From an uncultured cyanobacterium (GTDB lineage Bacteria; Cyanobacteriota; Cyanobacteriia; Cyanobacteriales; Cyanobacteriaceae), in contig CAVVOP010000008.1 in NCBI GenBank assembly GCA_963749915.1, positions 544,001-608,000 of the forward strand: a DNA stretch of 64,000 nucleotides. Direction: 5' to 3'. A program made the position numbers and the translations under genes. Below the pieces are notes generated by a model. It was given only the letters and a program-made list of their open reading frames with translations, did no database searches and had not been told where the DNA came from. How positions within the stretch are numbered: position 1 is the first letter of the stretch; each line of letters begins with the position of its first letter. Positions 8,501-16,464 of this stretch are shown here, in pieces.

Positions 8501-9970
8501 ATGTCCAAGAACTATTCAATTAAACCAGTTGGCGAAGTTTTGAAACAAGCAGGTTTAGTTTCAGCCGAACAGGTCGAGATAGCACTAAAAACTCAGCAAG
8601 AACAGGGAAACAGGCGACTGGGGGAAATTTTGGTCTTGCAGGGATGGCTCAAACAAGAAACAGCCGACTTTTTTGCCGAGGAGTGGTGGAGTTTACTCAA
8701 TCAGAAGCAGAAAAAACCCTTGGGGTACTATTTCGAAAAAGCCGGACTGCTGGATGCAGCTCAAATCAGAGACATTCTCAACGAACAAAAACAAAAAGCC
8801 ATCCTATTTGGGGAGTTAGCCATCAAGAAGGGGTGGATTACACCGGTTACTCTCAACTTTTTTTTACAGCATCTTTACTCAGCTCTCAGTTTGGCTGACG
8901 AACCTGAGCAACTAAACACTTTACGACCTTTTGACAAGCTCAGACTAAAATTACTAGAATTAGAAGGAAAAGCCACCTACCCTCATTTAGTGCTCAAAGA
9001 GGTGTTGTCATGGACAGGTGGTCACCCTTTTTTCACCCAAAAGCTTTGTCAACTTATCTGTGACTCTAACAAGATTATCCCCTCTGGGATGGAGGCAGAT
9101 GCAGTTGCACAGCTAGTGCAAGCCCGATTGGTTAATAATTGGCAAAGCCAAGAGGGACATGAATTGTTGAAAGAGATTAGCACTCGCCTTCTCGGAAATA
9201 AGCAGTGTCATCCCATCTTGTTGCTAAGGCTATATAAGGAAATTTTACAACAAGGAGAAGTGAGGGCTAATCAACGTGAGAAGGAAGATGTGTTACTGAA
9301 TTTGGGATTGGTAGTCAAGCATCAAAACAAGTTAAGGGTATCTAACCGCATTTACCAATCTGTTTTTGATATGAGGTGGGTGGATCAGCAATTAGCGACT
9401 TTTCAAAAGAGAGAAAAAAAGGAGATTGAGATCACGAAGAAAGCTAAACCCTCCCGAATTTCTTCCCCAAACACAAATGAGCCTCTCACTCAGTTGGGTT
9501 CTGTCATAACACTGTTGGGGCTTTTAATTGTTCCCCCTCTATTAATAAGGCTCAATTCTGGGTCTGTGCCTCCAAAACAAAGCACCAGTCCAACTCTAGC
9601 CTTACAGTCCTCTAGCCCTTCTTCCCTTGCTACTCTCTGCCAAAGTGAAATCCCATCGGATGTGGTAGATCAAGATAATTTGAGAACGAGACTTGAAAAT
9701 GAAAACCAAAAGCTGAAGGAAAGTTTTCCGCCAACTTGTAAATCTTTATTATATAAACTCTGGGGAATGAGTGCCCCAACATTAGGTAAATATAATCAAG
9801 TGATTGAGGCGGTTAGTAATTTGTGTCGAATTCCAGACAAGGCTGATAATTTTAATCAAGCTAAGTTCTGGATAAATTATTGGTATGATTCTCAAGATTG
9901 GGGCCAGAAGGTCAAAGCTTACTTATTGCTCACCCCTGATTGTCCAGCCGCAGAGGATCATTTTCCATAA
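8501..9970 (+). CDS. Membrane protein: tandem MshEN-like N-terminal repeats, AAA_35-type C-terminal helical region, TM helix and Cys-containing C-terminal domain
   Basis: Four (R/P)LGxxLxxxG(L/W)-like repeats, WTGGHPFFTQKLC...LRVSNRIYQSVF, and hydrophobic LGSVITLLGLLIVPPLLI. Confidence 0.65.
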   Translation: MSKNYSIKPVGEVLKQAGLVSAEQVEIALKTQQEQGNRRLGEILVLQGWLKQETADFFAEEWWSLLNQKQKKPLGYYFEKAGLLDAAQIRDILNEQKQKAILFGELAIKKGWITPVTLNFFLQHLYSALSLADEPEQLNTLRPFDKLRLKLLELEGKATYPHLVLKEVLSWTGGHPFFTQKLCQLICDSNKIIPSGMEADAVAQLVQARLVNNWQSQEGHELLKEISTRLLGNKQCHPILLLRLYKEILQQGEVRANQREKEDVLLNLGLVVKHQNKLRVSNRIYQSVFDMRWVDQQLATFQKREKKEIEITKKAKPSRISSPNTNEPLTQLGSVITLLGLLIVPPLLIRLNSGSVPPKQSTSPTLALQSSSPSSLATLCQSEIPSDVVDQDNLRTRLENENQKLKESFPPTCKSLLYKLWGMSAPTLGKYNQVIEAVSNLCRIPDKADNFNQAKFWINYWYDSQDWGQKVKAYLLLTPDCPAAEDHFP

Positions 9971-10057
9971 TTACAGACCATCCCCTGGTTACAAGGATAG
10001 GGAAGAAGGGGAAGCTTTCGGGTGTAGGTTTTTAATATTTGGGCGAAGGTGAGACTT

Positions 10058-10140
10058 GGAAGAGGGGGAAGAGAGGGAAGAGAGGGAAGAAAAATCCAGT
10101 ACTTCCCACACTTCCCACACCGACCACACTCCCCACACTT
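10058..10140. repeat. Opposed 9-nt short tandem repeats (GGAAGAGAG-like and CTTCCCACA-like)
   Basis: ggaagagggggaagagagggaagagagggaaga followed by cttcccacacttcccacaccgaccacactccccacactt. Confidence 0.75.
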
Positions 10141-10229
10141 CTCATCTCATAAAGTTTGATTGCCTAACCTAGCAGTATTGAGGAGGATACTCTTAATCTC
10201 CCCCTCAGATTGCCAAGTTGTGTGAGTGA

Positions 10230-11756
10230 TTAATAGAAACCGAAAGTCCCATCACTCCCTTTTGCTTCCTCCTTTGATGAGACCCTAAGAGACTCCCTAG
10301 CGATCTTTAGGTGTTTCACGATAAATTCTAGAGGAGAAGAAGGAATAATCCTTTCTGATTTATATTTCTCTCTAGGTTTTGGTAAAAAATTATCCTGGTT
10401 GTTTGTTTTCAGTTGTTTGAGCCTTTCATTTAAAAGTTCTGTCCCATAGAGGAAAAGCCCAATCAAGAGCCAAAAGACACAACTTAATACCAAGGTGACC
10501 AAACCAACAGATAATATGCCAATAACTTGACTCATAATTTGTTCAAACCGGGCTACATCATATTCAATGTAGGGAGGTAATTGGTTAACAAATAAACCAA
10601 CTGCCAAGGTTCCCCAAATTCCGCAGCCTAAATGAACAGGGACAGCCCCTACGGGATCGTCTATCTGACAAAACTCTAAAAAAGCCTCTCCCAAAATAAC
10701 GCACAAACCACCGACAGCACCAATGACCATGGCGATTGAGAAGCTAACGTAAGCAGAAGAAGCGGTAATGCTAACTAATCCTCCCAAAATGCCATTAATG
10801 ACTAGGGGAAGAGACGGTTTATGCCGACGTAATCCCTGAAGGAGTAACACAAAGACTCCACCGGCAGCACCGGCAATCATTGTTGTGATAATGATATGAG
10901 GTGCATGAGCTATGGATTTAGCTGAGCCCCCATTAAATCCTATCCAACCCAGCCACAGAACTAGACAACCTAGAGTAGAAAAGGTGAGATTATAGGGAGC
11001 CAATCTTTGGGGAGTCCCTGTAAATTTGTTATCGAGAATAGCATCTGGATTGTAGCCCTGCCAACCTCTTCGGGGTCCCAGGAGAAAAGCCCCTACCAAC
11101 CCTGCCAGACCACCGACTGAGTGAACAACGGTAGACCCCGCAAAATCCAAGAAGTTTACATTACTAGCAAGCCAACCATCGGGACCCCAAATCCAGCGAC
11201 CAGTTATGGGATAGGAAATTCCGACTAGGCAAAAACTGAACCAGAAAAAAGCCCAAAATTTGACCCGCTCAGCAACAACCCCAGAAACGATAGTTGCTGC
11301 TGTTCCAGCAAATACTAGTTGAAAGAAAAACACGCCCGCCAAGGACCGATTGGGATAAATGGCTTCAAGGCTCTTAAAGTCCAAAGAAAAACTCTGATTA
11401 AACGGTGAGTTAAGTGCGTGGAAAAAGAAGCCTTCTTGTCCCCAGAATTGATTTCCCTCACCGAACATTAAACCAAATCCCAAAAACCAAAAGGCGAGGG
11501 TTGAGGCACAAAAGACGATGAGATTCTTTGCTAAGACATTAGTGGCATTTTTGCTTTGACACAAACCGGCTTCTAACATGGCAAAGCCAGCATTCATGAA
11601 AAAAATCAAAGCCCCTGACGTTAACATCCAGACTAGGTTTGTATAGTCAAGTTCAATGTTTGTCTGATCCTGGGCCAGGGCTGGACTAAGGCCCAAAAAG
11701 GCAATAATTCCTCCAACAAATAAGCTAACGTACCACAGAGTGCATCTTTTATTCAT
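10230..11756 (-). CDS. amt: Ammonium transporter (Amt family), divergent
   Basis: FMNAGFAMLEAG, FFQLVFA..AATIVSG.VAER, DFAGSTVVH, GFNGGS and DDPVGAVPVH. Likely start at ATG 11756 (MNKRC) with a signal peptide ending ALA-Q. Confidence 0.92.
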   Translation of the reverse strand: MNKRCTLWYVSLFVGGIIAFLGLSPALAQDQTNIELDYTNLVWMLTSGALIFFMNAGFAMLEAGLCQSKNATNVLAKNLIVFCASTLAFWFLGFGLMFGEGNQFWGQEGFFFHALNSPFNQSFSLDFKSLEAIYPNRSLAGVFFFQLVFAGTAATIVSGVVAERVKFWAFFWFSFCLVGISYPITGRWIWGPDGWLASNVNFLDFAGSTVVHSVGGLAGLVGAFLLGPRRGWQGYNPDAILDNKFTGTPQRLAPYNLTFSTLGCLVLWLGWIGFNGGSAKSIAHAPHIIITTMIAGAAGGVFVLLLQGLRRHKPSLPLVINGILGGLVSITASSAYVSFSIAMVIGAVGGLCVILGEAFLEFCQIDDPVGAVPVHLGCGIWGTLAVGLFVNQLPPYIEYDVARFEQIMSQVIGILSVGLVTLVLSCVFWLLIGLFLYGTELLNERLKQLKTNNQDNFLPKPREKYKSERIIPSSPLEFIVKHLKIARESLRVSSKEEAKGSDGTFGFY

Positions 11757-11861
11757 CGGTGTAATCCTTGGAGACTGTTTATAATGTTTTGGAATGCAAA
11801 GTAAATGAATAATTATAATTGGAATTATATTCAAGGTCATCCCAAAGAAACAAAAAGATTA

Positions 11862-11960
11862 TTCCTCACCGCCGAAAAACTGGTAGAACTTTACTTATTG
11901 AGATTTCAAATTGAATTCAATTTTCGTGATGCAAAATAATTTTGGGGCTTGGAAGATTTC
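11862..11960 (+). pseudogene. Short DDE transposase fragment (IS4/IS701-like C-terminal motif)
   Basis: Translates as LTAEKLVELYLLRFQIEFNFRDAK*FWGLEDF, the YxxRxxIExxFRDxK signature with an in-frame stop. Confidence 0.7.
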
Positions 11961-12162
11961 GACCTGTGCAATTAAAATAGAAAAAGTTAAGTTATTCGTT
12001 TTTAGGCCTCCCAGCAGCAACTGTACAAAGTAACGGTGCAATAAAACATATTAAGGCTGAAACTCAGTTAGGACAAGACTTTTAAGCAAGTGGATAACTA
12101 GCAATTAGGCGAGGAATATTGAAACCTGAATAAGAGCCGTCAATAAGAAAAGAGAAGATAAT

Positions 12163-13491
12163 ATGTTTAAGACAAAAAAGTTTATCAGTATTTTTAGTCT
12201 CAGTATAGTTTTATTGACGACAGGATTAGATAATCCTCTTGCGGTATCCCAAGAAATAACTTTGGATAAGCAAATTTTTCAGATGGAAAAAAACTTAGAA
12301 AAGGAGTATGAAACTTATTTTGGCAAAGATTTAGCTGAAGTTAACCAAACATCAGAACAGATGGCTAAAACTCTAGCTCGTCTTAGTAGAGAAACTCAAA
12401 CAAGATCGGCTTTAATATGGGTTATGCCTAAAGATAACTATTTACGCTTGGTTTTGATTAATCCCGATGGTGAACCGATTTTCAGACACATAGAAGGAGT
12501 TTCTCTCTCCATTCTTCAAGATACCGTAAAGAAATTACATCAAGAAATAAATAAAGTCAGTTACCCAATAGACTTAACCAATGCACAAAAATTATATCAA
12601 TGGATTATTAAACCTTTAGAAGAAGAATATTTAAAACCCAATCAAATTGATACTATTTTATTTTGTATGGGTAATGGACTGAGAGGATTACCCATTGCGG
12701 CTTTACATGATGGAAATCAATACTTGGTCGAGAAATATGCCTTAAGCATAATTCCTGCTTTTAATTTAATCAATAAACAATACCAGAGAATGGAAAACCC
12801 GAGTATTTTAGCGATGGGGGCTTCTGAATTCAAAGAACAAAGAGATCTTCCCGCCGTACCCTTGGAAATTTCTTATATCGTTCAAAAAATTGTTGAAGCA
12901 AGTAAAATTCAACAACCTTTAAAAGCAAAACAATTCTTAAATTCCAAATTTACCATTGAGAACCTAGAATTGGAATTAAGTTTCGCCCCCTTTGATATTG
13001 TTCATTTAGCAACTCATGCTCGATTTATGCCAGGTATTCCTCGTAACTCATATATTCAATTTTGGGACGGGAAATTAACTCTGGAAAATATGAATAAGTT
13101 TAATCAAAATGATCACCCCCCTGAATTATTGGTATTGAGTGCTTGTCAAACAGCAGTAGGAGACTCTTCTGCCGAATTAGGATTTGCTGGTGTAGCTTTA
13201 AATTCAGGAGTTAAATCTGCCTTAGCTAGTTTGTGGTACATAAGCGATGCAGGAACTCTAGCTCTAATGGCTGAATTTTATCAACAATTACTATCCACAA
13301 CAACAAAAGCACAGGCTTTACAACAAGCTCAAATTAATTTAATTAAAGAAAAAGTTTATTTTGAAGGAAATCAGTTATCAATTTCTGATGAAAAAGTAAC
13401 TTTGCCAAATACAATTCCTCATCAAGGAAAAACTAATCTTTCCCATCCATTTTACTGGGCGGGGTTTACTCTTATTAGTAGCCCTTGGTAA
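12163..13491 (+). CDS. CHAT-domain (caspase-like) protein with signal peptide
   Basis: LPIAALHDG.QYLVEKY, VHLATHA, LLVLSACQTA.GD, SALASLW, HPFYWAGF and a hydrophobic N-terminus. Confidence 0.9.
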   Translation: MFKTKKFISIFSLSIVLLTTGLDNPLAVSQEITLDKQIFQMEKNLEKEYETYFGKDLAEVNQTSEQMAKTLARLSRETQTRSALIWVMPKDNYLRLVLINPDGEPIFRHIEGVSLSILQDTVKKLHQEINKVSYPIDLTNAQKLYQWIIKPLEEEYLKPNQIDTILFCMGNGLRGLPIAALHDGNQYLVEKYALSIIPAFNLINKQYQRMENPSILAMGASEFKEQRDLPAVPLEISYIVQKIVEASKIQQPLKAKQFLNSKFTIENLELELSFAPFDIVHLATHARFMPGIPRNSYIQFWDGKLTLENMNKFNQNDHPPELLVLSACQTAVGDSSAELGFAGVALNSGVKSALASLWYISDAGTLALMAEFYQQLLSTTTKAQALQQAQINLIKEKVYFEGNQLSISDEKVTLPNTIPHQGKTNLSHPFYWAGFTLISSPW

Positions 13492-13695
13492 ATTTCTTCT
13501 TTCTTTCTTTAATTAATTTTGTGCTTTTTCGGACTTTTGCCTAAATAAATGGGAATGATTCGCACAAAAGAACTTTGTCGAGTCCCTCTTCGGGATCGCT
13601 GTCTAAAAAAATAGAATACTCTCAAAAAGATTATGCACTTCAAAACATTACAACTTTTCTACTTTAGCATCTTTATTTTTGGCTCAATAAAATTG

Positions 13696-13711
13696 AGATG
13701 CGTTTGCCCTG
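13696..13711 (+). mobile_element. Isolated ISAs1-type terminal repeat
   Basis: agatgcgtttgccctg shares tgcgtttgccctg with 8241-8253. Confidence 0.5.
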
Positions 13712-13798
13712 AATCAGGTAATCGGTGATTGTTCATTTTGCCCTGAATTAATGTAAGATAACATATATTGCCTATTATTCCCCGACTATGAGTTGATC

Positions 13799-14968
13799 AT
13801 GTGCCCATCGGAAAATGAATCAGAATTTTCGTCTAATACAGTCGATATTAGCAAAAATGGGAAACTTCAGTTGTTATTATTTGTCGATAACCGTCGTAGT
13901 TCGCAAAAAAACATTGAAGAAATTAAAGCCTATCTACATAGTTTAACTCAAGATTATCATTTTCAATTAGAAGTATTAGAAATTAGTAAACATCCCCATT
14001 TAGTTGAATATTTCAAATTAGTAGCAACCCCAGCACTGGTTAAAATAAATCCCACACCGCGACAAACCTTGGCAGGTAGCAATTTAACAGCACAATTGCA
14101 AAAGTGTTGGTATAAATGGCAAACTTCCTTACAAGAAAATGAGGGTATTTTTAGGCAATATTCTGATGATAATTCTTTACTGCAAACCTGTTTACCTTCA
14201 TCAGAACTAATTCATTTAAGAGATGATATATTTCAATTAAAACAAGAGGTAGAAAAATTAAAACAACAAATACAATTTAAGGATCAAATGTTAGCAATGT
14301 TAGCTCACGATTTAAGAAGTCCCTTAACAGCTGCATCCATTGCAGTAGAAACTTTAGAAATAATCAAAAATAGGCCAAATTATGATGCTAATAGGGAATT
14401 ATTTAATAAGTTATTTCAACATGCTAAAAGACAATTTTCGACCATGAATAAGATGATTACTGATTTACTTGATTCATCTAGGTATATTAATAGTCAACTA
14501 AATATTATACCTACAAAAGTTAATTTGGCAAGAATTTCTGAAGAGATTATTGGTAATTTAAGTTCTAAATTAGCAGAAAAAAATCAATCTATTATTAAAG
14601 AAATTCCTCAAGATTTACCCCCCGTTTATGCCGATGAAAAATTAATTAGTCAAGTAATCATTAATTTATTAGAAAATGCCATTAAATATAGCCCTTTTTC
14701 GTCTCCGATTATTTTATCTATCATTCACAAAACGACTCAAAAAGTAGAAGTTAGTGTCATCGATATTGGTGCGGGTATCCCTGATAATAAGAAAGAACGC
14801 ATTTTTGATGGTCATTTTCGGCTAAAAAGAGATGAACAAGAAGATGGTTATGGTATTGGTTTAACTCTTTGTCGTCGAGTAATTACTGCTCATTATGGGC
14901 AAATTTGGGTTGACGACAACGGCAATCGAGGCAGTTGTTTTCGGTTTACTATCCCTGTTTACAACTAA
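13799..14968 (+). CDS. sasA: Adaptive-response sensor histidine kinase SasA
   Basis: KaiB-like N-terminus (LVEYFKLVATPALVK..P.PRQTLAGS), H-box AHDLRSPLTA and HATPase N/G boxes. Confidence 0.92.
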   Translation: MCPSENESEFSSNTVDISKNGKLQLLLFVDNRRSSQKNIEEIKAYLHSLTQDYHFQLEVLEISKHPHLVEYFKLVATPALVKINPTPRQTLAGSNLTAQLQKCWYKWQTSLQENEGIFRQYSDDNSLLQTCLPSSELIHLRDDIFQLKQEVEKLKQQIQFKDQMLAMLAHDLRSPLTAASIAVETLEIIKNRPNYDANRELFNKLFQHAKRQFSTMNKMITDLLDSSRYINSQLNIIPTKVNLARISEEIIGNLSSKLAEKNQSIIKEIPQDLPPVYADEKLISQVIINLLENAIKYSPFSSPIILSIIHKTTQKVEVSVIDIGAGIPDNKKERIFDGHFRLKRDEQEDGYGIGLTLCRRVITAHYGQIWVDDNGNRGSCFRFTIPVYN

Positions 14969-15000
14969 ATTGGTTTACTATCCCCGTTTACAACTAAATT
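14943..15000 (+). repeat. 29-bp tandem duplication of the sasA 3' end
   Basis: ggtttactatccctgtttacaactaaatt followed by ggtttactatccccgtttacaactaaatt (1 mismatch). Confidence 0.9.
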
Positions 15001-15159
15001 TATGACTATCTTCGGTGTATCTGTTGTTGAGGATTTGAATAAAATTTATTCTGTGAAAAAAACTCAAAAAATTTTTTATGTAAATTATTCTTAAATAAAT
15101 CAAAGCCCCAGAAAAAAGTAAGTTAGAATGGAGGCAGAGCGTGAGAGGATGAATTGTTT

Positions 15160-15603
15160 ATGTATAAGTTATTAGCTACGACCATCGCAATTTTTAGCAC
15201 GTTTTTAGTCGTTGTTCCTGTCAATGCTGAAAATCCTGCTCATCGGCAACAATTATTAGAAACGAATCAATGTATGGGATGCGATCTCAAAGGGGTTGAT
15301 TTGGAGGGTGAACACTTAATTGGTGCAGATTTACGAAACGCTGATTTACGTTATGCGAATCTTGAAGGTGCAAATTTAGAAGGTGCAGATTTGGACGGTG
15401 CAAATTTGCAGGGTGCAGATTTGAGTAAGACTTTTTTAACTAACGCAACGATGAATAATGCCAATCTGAATAGCGTTGATATGAGCTATGCGATTGTTTT
15501 CGACGCTCAAGTTTCTGGTGCCTCGATGACTAACATGAATATTGAAAATGCCATGATTATGGAAACTGGTATCGCTGTTGGAGGGGAATATCCTGACGAG
15601 TAA
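15160..15603 (+). CDS. Pentapeptide repeat protein with signal peptide
   Basis: Signal peptide, QQLLETNQC.GCDL and A(D/N)Lxx repeats. Confidence 0.9.
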   Translation: MYKLLATTIAIFSTFLVVVPVNAENPAHRQQLLETNQCMGCDLKGVDLEGEHLIGADLRNADLRYANLEGANLEGADLDGANLQGADLSKTFLTNATMNNANLNSVDMSYAIVFDAQVSGASMTNMNIENAMIMETGIAVGGEYPDE

Positions 15604-15640
15604 TTAACGGTGTGCTTTTTCTTGACTATTTTTAAGTATG

Positions 15641-15658
15641 TTTACAAATCTTTACGCT
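15641..15658 (+). promoter_or_regulatory. Possible HLR1 (RpaB-type) direct repeat upstream of psbU
   Basis: TTTACAAA-tc-TTTACgct. The first half matches (G/T)TTACA(T/A)(T/A); the second is degenerate. Confidence 0.3.
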
Positions 15659-15909
15659 TTGCTGAATGAAAAAGGCGGTTTCACTGATAAAATCAGATAA
15701 CAACTAAACCTTATTGGGCAGAATGGCCTAGGCCAGTGATGGTTAAGGACGGTTCGATTAATATATTTTTAAAATCCCTGTGTTAAGGGAAAGTCTTGGC
15801 TAATAGACTTTGTTTCCGGAATATAAAAGATTATCCAGTTATGTTCGAGAGAAATTAGCATATATAAAACAATACTTAAAGTTATCTTAATCTTGGAGGT
15901 TCAATTTTC

Positions 15910-16338
15910 ATGAAGTTATGGCATCGGGTTGTAACGATATTTAGTTTAATGTTGTTCTGTTGTTCTTTGGCTTTTTCTCAACCAGCCCAAGCATTGGATT
16001 TTAAAACTATTTTACAGGGGAATTCTCCTTTAATAGCGGCCGAAAATACCCGTCGTAATGTGGCGGATGATTTGTTGGGTACTGAATTTGGTCAAAAAAT
16101 TGATGTGAACAATAGCGATATTCGTGATTTTCGCGATTTAAGGGGGTTTTATCCTAAATTAGCGAGTATTATTATTCAAAATGCTCCCTATGAGAAAGTA
16201 GAAGATGTTTTACTTATCCCTGGATTAACTGACACCCAAAAAGAAAGATTGCAAGCGAACCTTGATCGTTTTAGCGCTAGACCTACTTCGGAGGTATTTA
16301 ATGAGGGCGATGAGCGTTATAACGCGGGTGTTTACTAA
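15910..16338 (+). CDS. psbU: Photosystem II 12 kDa extrinsic protein PsbU
   Basis: KID.NN..IR.F...GFYP.LA..I..NAPYEKVEDVL.IPGL and the terminal RYNAGVY. Confidence 0.95.
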   Translation: MKLWHRVVTIFSLMLFCCSLAFSQPAQALDFKTILQGNSPLIAAENTRRNVADDLLGTEFGQKIDVNNSDIRDFRDLRGFYPKLASIIIQNAPYEKVEDVLLIPGLTDTQKERLQANLDRFSARPTSEVFNEGDERYNAGVY

Positions 16339-16464
16339 CCCTTTTTAATAGGTTGGATCGAATATCACAAATATATAATTAGAGGGAGAGAAGTTTTATT
16401 GCTTGTCTCCTTTTTGATCGACATTTAATTCAGATTAACGAGTATTATACCTCTACGGTAATTG

